The notes under the pieces are model-generated. The model had not been told where the DNA came from, did no database searches, and was given only the letters and a program-made list of their open reading frames with translations. Below, one piece after another: positions 29,419 to 37,739 of a stretch of 64,000 bases of DNA. The DNA is taken from positions 1 to 64,000 of the forward strand of contig JBHLRP010000007.1 in assembly GCA_048882485.1 (NCBI GenBank), in the 5' to 3' direction. The stretch's first letter is position 1; each line of letters starts with the position of its first letter. The stretch comes from Candidatus Thorarchaeota archaeon (GTDB lineage: Archaea > Asgardarchaeota > Thorarchaeia > Thorarchaeales > Thorarchaeaceae). The translations under genes and the position numbers were made by a program.

Positions 29419-31146
29419 ATGAGAGGGAATAGGATGAAGTCTAAATCTATGCACTTGCTTCTTTTGACACTCTTACTTGGCTCTCTCCTTTTGCCGGCGG
29501 GAGTTTCAGCCGAATTTGATTCGCCTATTGTGATAGTTGAGAAGGTAGATTACCCCTCAGTAGATCGAACATGGGAGGATATATCCCTACTCTACGAGGA
29601 TCAGTTTCATAGCGCCGCTGAGGTTGATGAGGAGATAGAACGTTTCCATTCTCTCGTTCCAGAGCTCGTTGACTTGGAAGTGATTGGCGAGAGTTATCAA
29701 GGCTTAAACATCAGCGCTCTTCGCATCACAAATGAGCTAAGTACTGTTCAGAAAGCCAAGACACTAGTGGTAGCTCATCACCATGGTAGGGAGCAGATCA
29801 CTATCGAGATGGCACTACGGTTTATCCTAAGACTCCTTAATCTCTATGGAGTAGACGACACATTTACTGACTACATAGACAGTCAGGAGATCTACATCAT
29901 ACCCACAATAAACCCTGATACTCTAAGTCATGTTCTCAACGGAAACCATTGGTTGAGAAAGAACCTGCATCCCTTTGATGATGATGGTGATAGTGAAGCT
30001 GATGAGGACCCGTGGGATGATGCCAACGGGGATGGAATAATATCCGGCTATGATGTCTACACAAAAACAGGTCCTGGAGGATCGACTGAATATCAATACA
30101 CATACTTCGAGGGTGATGACGATGATGGTGATGGATTATTCAATGAAGATCCAATTGGGTATGTGGACTTGAATCGCAATTACGCCACTGGCTGGGGAAA
30201 CGATGAAGATTCATCACCTGATCCTCTGTCTCAGGTCTTTCGTGGTCTCTCAGCTTTCTCTGAACCTGAAACGCAAGTCTTTCGAGATTTTGCCAGACAG
30301 CACAGTTTTACAATGGCATATTCTCTGCACTCAGGTATCAATTCAACCTACTTCCCGACTGATGACTATGGTAACTGGGCGGAACCCAGTATTTACTACG
30401 AAATCGTGATGGATTTCAATAGTTTCATGGGCGAGGGCTTTAACGACGTCCCTGGCTATCCGGGTGTCGAAGATAGTTCACCGCAGGTGGTTGAACGCCA
30501 TGCATATGGCGGCTACTGGGATGATTGGATGTATGTAGAACGAAGGACAACCGCCCCTGTTACCTTCGAGCTTTATCACAATGCAACAGTAGATGGACCT
30601 GCACACCTTACAGTCTATGAGGACAATTCCACACACTACATAGAAGAATTTACTGGCATCTATGGTTACTTTGCTCCAGTTGAGTCTGCAATTGAGAGGA
30701 CCTGGCAAGACATGATGCCAGGTTTTGATTACCTGCTTGAGAACACTCCAATACTTGCTGGAACCAATCCCACAGCGTCAGGTGGTATTGGCGAAGGTGA
30801 TTCAGTTACGGTGGGCTTGTCTGTGACTTGTCAGAGCATTCTGTTTGACGCCACAGACCCAATCTATGGTTTCTTAGAATATGGCGGTCCTGTTCCTTCA
30901 GGCCTCACAATCTCAACTGCAATACTAGATGCAGGGGAAACCAGGACAATCTCAACTTCCTTTGACCTGCCCAGAGATTTGGGGAGCTCATCAGTTCAAC
31001 TCTATGTAGGAAACAACTTCACAGGATACGTGCACCTTCGACTCTCATTAGGCGAAGCACCACCCCTTGACTGGCTTTCGATTGTAGCAGTTGGTAGTGT
31101 AGCCATGGTGGCAGTAGTCATTGTGATTGTTTGGAGGAAGCTGTGA
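29419..31146 (+). CDS. Membrane-anchored extracellular M14 zinc carboxypeptidase
   Basis: Signal peptide; HHGREQ (HxxE), RKN, VDLNRNY, FSEPET, SLHS and FEL motifs; C-terminal TM. Confidence 0.88.
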   Translation: MRGNRMKSKSMHLLLLTLLLGSLLLPAGVSAEFDSPIVIVEKVDYPSVDRTWEDISLLYEDQFHSAAEVDEEIERFHSLVPELVDLEVIGESYQGLNISALRITNELSTVQKAKTLVVAHHHGREQITIEMALRFILRLLNLYGVDDTFTDYIDSQEIYIIPTINPDTLSHVLNGNHWLRKNLHPFDDDGDSEADEDPWDDANGDGIISGYDVYTKTGPGGSTEYQYTYFEGDDDDGDGLFNEDPIGYVDLNRNYATGWGNDEDSSPDPLSQVFRGLSAFSEPETQVFRDFARQHSFTMAYSLHSGINSTYFPTDDYGNWAEPSIYYEIVMDFNSFMGEGFNDVPGYPGVEDSSPQVVERHAYGGYWDDWMYVERRTTAPVTFELYHNATVDGPAHLTVYEDNSTHYIEEFTGIYGYFAPVESAIERTWQDMMPGFDYLLENTPILAGTNPTASGGIGEGDSVTVGLSVTCQSILFDATDPIYGFLEYGGPVPSGLTISTAILDAGETRTISTSFDLPRDLGSSSVQLYVGNNFTGYVHLRLSLGEAPPLDWLSIVAVGSVAMVAVVIVIVWRKL

Positions 31147-31253
31147 GAGAACCTCGCCATATAGCTGGTCTGCATCCCGCCTTCTTCCGGAAGTAGGCTA
31201 TGCAAAATCCAATTCTGATTAGATTGCATAAGTAATGTGACTAAGAATGAGTT

Positions 31254-31403
31254 AGGGCACCGGTCCAAATCACAAAAGGAAAGTAGGTATTCGCGTGGTT
31301 ATTCCCCGGGAGCCGGGAAGTCCGAATCGGCTTTTGTGAGTTCACCCAGTTCAGCCGCTCCCTGGAGGGGAGATTGTTTTTGATGATACTGAACCGGTCC
31401 CCT
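31254..31403 (-). ncRNA. Candidate structured ncRNA (~150 nt), family unknown
   Basis: The 5' AGGGGACCGGTTCAGTATCATCAAAA pairs with the 3' TTTTGTGATTTGGACCGGTGCCCT, with G.U pairs valid on the minus strand; TTTATTA with an A-rich BRE lies 24 nt upstream. Confidence 0.5.
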
Positions 31404-31532
31404 GAGGGTTCCCAGATTGGGTTTTCTAATAAAGCTACTTTTTGGGGAAAATGCGGCAAAATCAACGCGCCTATCCCAATTGCATCATAAAGAGAGTCCA
31501 CTAAGTATGCGAGGAAATGTCCCTCGAAGGGA

Positions 31533-31904
31533 CTAATATCCCCATTCCTGTCCCAGTCTCTGTCTATACCAACGTTGGCCTCGCTTTGTGAGCGAGTATT
31601 TACCTCCAATTTCCTGGAGGTGCCCCAATTCAATCATCCTTTCGATAACATTGAAGAGCTTGTCTTCCGATGCTCCTGTCGCTTTCTGAAGCATCAGAAA
31701 ATCCATTTTGCCTTCTCTTTTCAAATGCTGGGCAATATCAAACTTACCAACTGCTTTAGTTTCTTTCCTTGATACTACCTCTCCACAATTGGTACAGAGC
31801 AGGTCACCTTTGAGGTCGTCTCTTGCTACCTCCTTGCTCCCACATATGGGACAGGTCGCCTTTGAGAATCTAAGGCTTCTTCTATGTGACATTGCTTTGA
31901 CCAC
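31533..31904 (-). CDS. TFIIB-type zinc ribbon + winged-helix protein
   Basis: CPICGSKEVARDDLKGDLLCTNCGEVV followed by a wHTH ending in KYSLTKRG. Confidence 0.8.
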   Translation of the reverse strand: MVKAMSHRRSLRFSKATCPICGSKEVARDDLKGDLLCTNCGEVVSRKETKAVGKFDIAQHLKREGKMDFLMLQKATGASEDKLFNVIERMIELGHLQEIGGKYSLTKRGQRWYRQRLGQEWGY

Positions 31905-31993
31905 GCCACTCTGGTTCGGCTTTCTTGATAAAACTAACGAAGTGACATTGAGTGCGGAACAGGCCCATGACCATTATGTCACAAGAACCTCAG

Positions 31994-32500
31994 TCATGAG
32001 TCATCAGCGACAAGGCGTCTGAAGAATGCTTCATAGTCTATCTCAAATCCTACCCTAGTGCCTGGCCGCACACGAGTACCTGTGTCGTCAAACTCGATGT
32101 AGCGTTGTGCAGCCAGTTCTTTCAGATCTAGTCTCACACCTCTTCTGGTCTTGCGTCTGAATTCCCGGACTCGATTTATCGATACCCATCCGCCTTCCTG
32201 ATAGGCGAGAGTGATGACTACTAGAAGAGTAGCTGCAAGTCGATCTGGAAGAACTGACTCTTCCAACAGTTGCTCGCTTCGTATTCTTGTATCAAGGTAA
32301 AAGACATGGTCGATTGGATTATGTCTAATCATAAGTCCGACTTCTGAAAGTCTTTTGTCAAGTGCGCCTAATCTTTGGAATAGAATATGCTTTCCTGTAT
32401 CTTCGGGGAAACCAAGGGCACTGAGCATGTCCTCCACTCCCGCTCCGATAGGATTTCCTGAGCGGGTGAGAAGTCTCATTAGGATTATGTATTCGTTCAA
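31994..32500 (-). CDS. KITE-like tandem winged-helix protein (ScpB/Nse1/Nse3-like)
   Basis: Two predicted wHTH halves with a C-terminal RVRPGTRVGFEI; overlaps the kleisin stop. Confidence 0.6.
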   Translation of the reverse strand: MNEYIILMRLLTRSGNPIGAGVEDMLSALGFPEDTGKHILFQRLGALDKRLSEVGLMIRHNPIDHVFYLDTRIRSEQLLEESVLPDRLAATLLVVITLAYQEGGWVSINRVREFRRKTRRGVRLDLKELAAQRYIEFDDTGTRVRPGTRVGFEIDYEAFFRRLVADDS

Positions 32501-33156
32501 GAGGCCGCCTCCCTTATGACTGTTCTATCATCGATATCGTACTGGAGAGTGCCCTTTGAAATTAGAATCACAAGATAGAGAAATCGTCGAAGGAACTCTT
32601 CAAAGTCCTCGTTGAGTATGATGTCATCGACAGGTATCTTCTCTCCCACCGGAATGCTCGCTCCAAACTCTTGTGCATCCTCCAGTAGAATTGCGTCCTC
32701 TGATGGGAACGCATATCCATTTGGCAACGGTGCAATGGTTGGGATTCTCTCTTCAGGCGGTTCCATTCCAAGTTTGTCAATAAACTGCCTAATACGGTTC
32801 GATGAACGATCCAGCGCCGAGTGATCTAAGTGCGATATTCCAACTGGATGGTGATATACTATCAGTCCAGCTAGCTCTCTCGCTGACATCGTCTTTAGTT
32901 TCGCCACATATAGCTCGGGAGACGCGAGGACTCGGGCAAGTTCCTGTACCTTGTTTACTTTGGCTCCTAATACCTCGTTAAGCATCTCGTCTATGTCCAG
33001 CCTTGTTCCAACTTTGGCTGTAAGCTTTTGTAGCCTCTTATACTCAGGACTCAGTTTGATTTCAAGCGGGTTGACCTTTCCTGAACGGACAGACTCTGCT
33101 ATTCTGAGGATGTTCTCAGCAAAGGTCTTGATCTCGCTCACAGAAATACACCTCAT
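32497..33156 (-). CDS. Kleisin (ScpA/Nse4-like)
   Basis: N-terminal GKVNPLEIKL resembles ScpA GxIDPWdId; C-terminal RRFLYLVILISKGTL resembles the kleisin wHTH; ATGA overlap with the SMC stop. Confidence 0.72.
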   Translation of the reverse strand: MRCISVSEIKTFAENILRIAESVRSGKVNPLEIKLSPEYKRLQKLTAKVGTRLDIDEMLNEVLGAKVNKVQELARVLASPELYVAKLKTMSARELAGLIVYHHPVGISHLDHSALDRSSNRIRQFIDKLGMEPPEERIPTIAPLPNGYAFPSEDAILLEDAQEFGASIPVGEKIPVDDIILNEDFEEFLRRFLYLVILISKGTLQYDIDDRTVIREAAS

Positions 33157-36100
33157 TGTCCCGAGAATCTAGGACTCTCAACAATTACTGAGGGATCTGT
33201 TCCACCAGGAGAAACAACGCCGAGCCTCTTGTCAGCATGCTTCAGTAGGTGTGTGCTCTTCGCAGGTGTAAAGAGAATAAATTGGCTCCTGCGAGACGCA
33301 TCATAAAGTAGTCTGCTCACTGACTCTGTATTGGTTGCATCTAGAAAGATATCTATTTCATCCAATGCATATGTTGGAGCTGGATTGAATCTCTGGAGGG
33401 CTAGAATCAGTGCTATCGCAATCAACGATCTCTCCCCTCCGGAGCCCTGACTTATCTCCCCAAACTCGTCACCCTTTATTCGGGACCTGAACTCCACACC
33501 ATAAATACCCTCTCTGAGAGTCAGAGTGAATTTGGCTCGACCTGCGAACTCGGCCGTTGCTAGAATCTTGTTCACATTCTTCTCCACTTTGGATAGAGTT
33601 GCATTCATACCATTGTGATACTGGTCTCGAATGTGCTTTACAGTAGCCTCAGCTTCGAAGAGTTCAACTTTCAACGTGTCTACTTGAATTATCAGCTCGG
33701 AGAGTCGACCTCTTAGCCTGATTTCGGTATGAGCGACGGTCTCAGAAACATCCTCATAGTCATCAAGTAAATGCCGAACCCGCATCAATTCCTGCCTCGC
33801 TGTATCAAGTGACCTGACAACATCAGGTCTTATGCCCTTGTCAAGTTCTTGTTGAAGTCGCTTCTCCTCCTCTTCCATGTTGCGTAGCTGCTTCTGAGCC
33901 TGTAGAACAAGTAGTCGATTGTTCTTTATCATAAGATTCAGTTCTACTAGGCGTTCACCCACTGTCCGGAGAATCTCGTTGATTCCACTCAATTCCTCCT
34001 TCAACTTGCTCTCTTTATCGCCAGACTCCAATAGACCCATCTCAAGGGTTTCAATCAATTCAGTTATTGAAGCTGCTTCGCTCTTGGAATTCTTTATCTC
34101 TTCTCTAAGTTCCCTGATTTGGTCTGAAAGCATTGTAATGTTCTCATTGTGTGCCTTCAAATCTGTCCGTCGACGATCTTCATCTCGCTCCGTGGCGTGA
34201 AGGCCCCGCTCAACCTTTGAAAGGTCTCCCTGAAGTTTCCTCAACTTGAGTCGAATTGCTGACCTCTGCCCTGCAAGCCTGCTTCTCTCAGGTGGTTGTG
34301 AGCTGTCTAGCTTTCTCAGTTCTCTCTGAGCCTTTCCAATCTCCGCCTGCAATTCCTTTACTTCGTCATCAAGGCCTACAATCTTCTCCTGAACGACCGG
34401 TATGCTGTCTGATATCTTCTTCCTACGTTCCCATATGCTACTCCACCGCGTCATATACCCCTGCAGGTCGAGGACCTTCTCTCTCTCATCTGTTGCTCTC
34501 TCGAGTTTCTCCATCACTTCCGTCATTTTCTTTCTTGCAACAATGAGTTCCCTCTCAATCTTCAGCAGACGAGTCTGAAGAGGTGCCGTTGACACCAATC
34601 CTGATGGTGCCTTCTTTGGATGACTTATGATGATCTTGGGAGTCACCTCTGCGACTGACCCATCACGTGATACCGCCATGAAACCGTCTTTGCTTGCAAC
34701 TCGTGATGCAACTCTGCCGGTACTTGTGAGGACAATATCGCCAAATGCCTCTCTCAGAAGCATCTTCTCATCATCATCAAGAGAGAGAATATCCCATAAC
34801 CAACCATCAATACCCTTACCAGAGGGAAGACTTGGCATTGATGACTTAGGTTCATCCCTGATTAGGATAATTGGTGATGGTGCGTCCGACTTGTCTCGCA
34901 GCCTCTGCATTAATGCATAGTCGGTTGGGTCACTGACAATGAAGGCAAAAGGAAGGTTGCCCGAAAACACTGCTTCTAAAGCATTAGAGTATTCATCACT
35001 CTCCAATAGAAGCTCCACCAGTGGTCCATTTACTGAAGTCAGATTATGCTCAGAAATCGCATCTTTCAGATCCCGCACGCCGCTAGGGATACGTTCTGAT
35101 GACTCAGATAACATGACCTTGATCTCATCGGTCTCCTTCTGCAACTGAGAAATCAGACTTGAATTCTGGAATCTCCGTTCATTCAGTGTGGCTATCTCTC
35201 TCTCCAGCTGGCCCTTGCGTCGAGCAAGCTCCTTCTCATCCGTTTCCTCCAAAGCCTTCCATATGTGAGCCCATTTGCTATCGATGCTCTGTAACTCCGC
35301 CTCTTCGTTTTGAAGCCGTTCTTGATGGCTCCTCAATAGTAGGTCCTTCTTCTCAATATCACTCTGAAGTGCCTTGTAAGCGATATACGCCTCAGTGCGA
35401 ATCGTATTCCATTCTTCAAAGGCTGAGAGTTCCTGCTCGGTTCTTTCCAAATCAATTTCGATCGATTCAATCTCAGTGCTAATTTCTTTCCGATCCTGAA
35501 GATACTGCTCCTTATTTGCCACTGCCCTCTCGAGATCGTCCTTCGCCGCTGCCTTCTCTCGCTCTGTCTTCTTCAACTCCTTCTCAAGCTGATTAATCTC
35601 ATTCACTGCGTCTTTTGACTCATCCTCTATCTTATGCATCCGCCTTCTTTCTTCATCTATACGTGCCTCAATCCCCCCAATCTCTCGTTGAAGTGATTCG
35701 AGGCGAGATTCTACTTCGAAGGCTGCCTTTTGATTCTCTTCTATTTGGTTTTCTAGTGATTTCTGCTCATCAAGGACATCTACTAGACCTGATTCTCTAT
35801 TATTGATTTCATCTCTTAACTCGACCAGTCTGGCAACGATGTCATCAAGAGTTGCCCACTTCACCTCAATCTCTAGATCTTTCTCCTCATTCTTGAGTAC
35901 GCGCTTCTTTTCCAATCTCTCAAGGTCATGTTTGAGTAGCTCAAGTTCTCTCTCAACAACCCTGGATTCATCAAGTGCCGTTTGCAGCTTTTGCTGGCTA
36001 CGTGCCACATCTGTTTCTTGGACTGAAATACGATCTCGTACTTCGCTAAGACCTGTGCCTTCTTCAACCAGACGACGGACCTCAATGGGATTCATCTCAC

Positions 36101-36566
36101 GAAGTGCATTGATCCGTTCTTGAGGCATGAACACGAGGGTGTTGTCAATATCAAGGCCAAGTGAGCTGACAAGGAATCTCAATTCTGCAGCTTTCACCCG
36201 TTTTCCGTCTATGTATGCTTTAGGGATTCCATCACGATCAATACGGCGGAGAAAAGAGTGACTGATTCCTCCATTATTCACATTCACCTCAACTTCGGCT
36301 GAATTGGCTCCATGCCTCACGAAATCGCTCCACTTGGAGTAGCGTTCCTCTCGTTGGTTTGATCCAAGTGCAAACTTGATTGCGTGAAATACTGAGGTCT
36401 TTCCAGAGCCATTTGGTCCTATGATGACTGTAAGTCCAGGATCAAAGCTAACAACTCCCTCGTAGAAAGAGAGGAAGTTCTTGAGCCTGACTGAACCAAT
36501 GTGGACCTTGGCCTTGCTCACGCTTTGGTTCCTCCTACCTTCCCATGATTCTCCGTAGTCTGTCAT
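33153..36566 (-). CDS. SMC ATPase, SMC5/6-/coalescin(ClsN)-like
   Basis: Walker A GPNGSGKT, Q-loop FMPQE, coiled coils, central hinge (VNGPLVELL...ALEAVF), signature GSGGE and Walker B/D-loop ALDEIDIFLD; probable GTG start at 36521 after GGAGG. Confidence 0.9.
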   Translation of the reverse strand: MTDYGESWEGRRNQSVSKAKVHIGSVRLKNFLSFYEGVVSFDPGLTVIIGPNGSGKTSVFHAIKFALGSNQREERYSKWSDFVRHGANSAEVEVNVNNGGISHSFLRRIDRDGIPKAYIDGKRVKAAELRFLVSSLGLDIDNTLVFMPQERINALREMNPIEVRRLVEEGTGLSEVRDRISVQETDVARSQQKLQTALDESRVVERELELLKHDLERLEKKRVLKNEEKDLEIEVKWATLDDIVARLVELRDEINNRESGLVDVLDEQKSLENQIEENQKAAFEVESRLESLQREIGGIEARIDEERRRMHKIEDESKDAVNEINQLEKELKKTEREKAAAKDDLERAVANKEQYLQDRKEISTEIESIEIDLERTEQELSAFEEWNTIRTEAYIAYKALQSDIEKKDLLLRSHQERLQNEEAELQSIDSKWAHIWKALEETDEKELARRKGQLEREIATLNERRFQNSSLISQLQKETDEIKVMLSESSERIPSGVRDLKDAISEHNLTSVNGPLVELLLESDEYSNALEAVFSGNLPFAFIVSDPTDYALMQRLRDKSDAPSPIILIRDEPKSSMPSLPSGKGIDGWLWDILSLDDDEKMLLREAFGDIVLTSTGRVASRVASKDGFMAVSRDGSVAEVTPKIIISHPKKAPSGLVSTAPLQTRLLKIERELIVARKKMTEVMEKLERATDEREKVLDLQGYMTRWSSIWERRKKISDSIPVVQEKIVGLDDEVKELQAEIGKAQRELRKLDSSQPPERSRLAGQRSAIRLKLRKLQGDLSKVERGLHATERDEDRRRTDLKAHNENITMLSDQIRELREEIKNSKSEAASITELIETLEMGLLESGDKESKLKEELSGINEILRTVGERLVELNLMIKNNRLLVLQAQKQLRNMEEEEKRLQQELDKGIRPDVVRSLDTARQELMRVRHLLDDYEDVSETVAHTEIRLRGRLSELIIQVDTLKVELFEAEATVKHIRDQYHNGMNATLSKVEKNVNKILATAEFAGRAKFTLTLREGIYGVEFRSRIKGDEFGEISQGSGGERSLIAIALILALQRFNPAPTYALDEIDIFLDATNTESVSRLLYDASRRSQFILFTPAKSTHLLKHADKRLGVVSPGGTDPSVIVESPRFSGQ

Positions 36567-37599
36567 TGTTCTTCTTTGCCCTCAGCAATCGAGTCAATCG
36601 ATCTTCTGGAGTTCCCTTCATCAAGAATGGATACTCACTAAGGTATTCAAGGTCCTTTGAAGACAAAGGAAGACTTGAGTTCAATGCCTCTATCACTCTC
36701 TGAGTTTCAGCATAATTATCACCGACAGCTAATAGGTAGAGTTGGTCCAGAAAATCATCAGGATACTCAGGTTCGACAGTATCTAAGCTGGGCACTTGTC
36801 TTCCCTGAATTCGAGTCAGTAAGTTGTCGAACGCCCTTTTTCTTCCCACTGGGAGAACTCCGCTTTCTTCGATCATCCGTTCTAGCTTCTCTCTTGGAAC
36901 TTCCTCCTGGACCTCCTGCAAAACCAGTTTCACAGCGAGATGCTTAGCTTCGCTGAAACTCCAACCTTCGCTGAGTTCTGCAGCATCTGTGGGACTTAGG
37001 TCTTCTCTCCCCTTGAACGCCGCTTCAAACAAACGTACTCGGTCATCAAGAGTGGCCTTTTCCGAAACGTACGCATGGTCAAAGAGAGACAGAAGCTCGG
37101 CATCCATTTCTTGTGGAGATGAAGTGGAAGCTACCAGAAGCACTTCATCTGTGTCCCAACTAACACGTTCAGACTCGATTCCCAGCAGAGCTGATTCCCT
37201 TGTATGGGCTGGGGCAATATATTCAGCTCGATCAATGTATAGTATAGAGGGGGCATTCCTTTTCGCAAACTCGAACCAGAAACTAATCGATTCTCGCACT
37301 CTGTCAGGCCGTCCAAGGATTCTTTCCAGCCTAGGACGTACAATGTTGATTGGAATCTCTCGTGACAAGTAGTGCACAAATGCTTCGAAATCTGTGCCTA
37401 TATTTCCTATCAATAACACCTTTCCGCCAAAAGCTAATCCTTTCTTTCTCAAGTCGTCGCTCAGGTTGCCAATATGTGTAATTGACTCATGAAAGGTTCT
37501 AGCCATCTCTCTAATGGAATATTGGCCTAGGCGGTCTTTTTCTAGATCCTCGGGCCTACTCAGGATGACCGTATCTGCATAGATGTTGTCTTCTCCCAC
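36535..37599 (-). CDS. Degenerate classical-clade AAA+ domain protein
   Basis: KVLLIGNIGTDF at the Walker A position and AKRNAPSILYIDRAE at Walker B, plus VLLVASTS...MDAELL and EGWSFSE; the catalytic K and E are missing. Confidence 0.7.
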   Translation of the reverse strand: MGEDNIYADTVILSRPEDLEKDRLGQYSIREMARTFHESITHIGNLSDDLRKKGLAFGGKVLLIGNIGTDFEAFVHYLSREIPINIVRPRLERILGRPDRVRESISFWFEFAKRNAPSILYIDRAEYIAPAHTRESALLGIESERVSWDTDEVLLVASTSSPQEMDAELLSLFDHAYVSEKATLDDRVRLFEAAFKGREDLSPTDAAELSEGWSFSEAKHLAVKLVLQEVQEEVPREKLERMIEESGVLPVGRKRAFDNLLTRIQGRQVPSLDTVEPEYPDDFLDQLYLLAVGDNYAETQRVIEALNSSLPLSSKDLEYLSEYPFLMKGTPEDRLTRLLRAKKNNDRLRRIMGR

Positions 37600-37739
37600 A
37601 GTATTACCTCTCCGGCAGGCTTGCGAAACCTGACAACTTTTGCAAATAATGTCTTCGCAGTCAACAAGAATCCGCGCCGTCCCATCACGTTAATGCGCAA
37701 GGATTAAGTCACGTATTGCGTCATCCATCATGATTCTTC

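Noticed and set aside
31254-31403. Identification as SRP RNA, RNase P RNA, 5S rRNA or a C/D box sRNA
   Set aside because: It lacks the SRP helix-8 motif, the RNase P P4 consensus and the 5S conserved loops. A plus-strand TGATGA..CTGA is present but there is no complete C/D'/C'/D set, and the promoter and G.U evidence favour the minus strand.
31241-31633. 130-aa minus-strand ORF over the intergenic region
   Set aside because: It overlaps the Zn-ribbon gene in another frame and has no protein-like motif; the region is better explained by RNA structure.
31994-37599. Canonical Wadjet (JetABCD/MksBEFG) defence system
   Set aside because: No JetD/MksG Toprim nuclease is present, and the SMC has a classical hinge and SMC5/6-like heads rather than MukB/JetC features.
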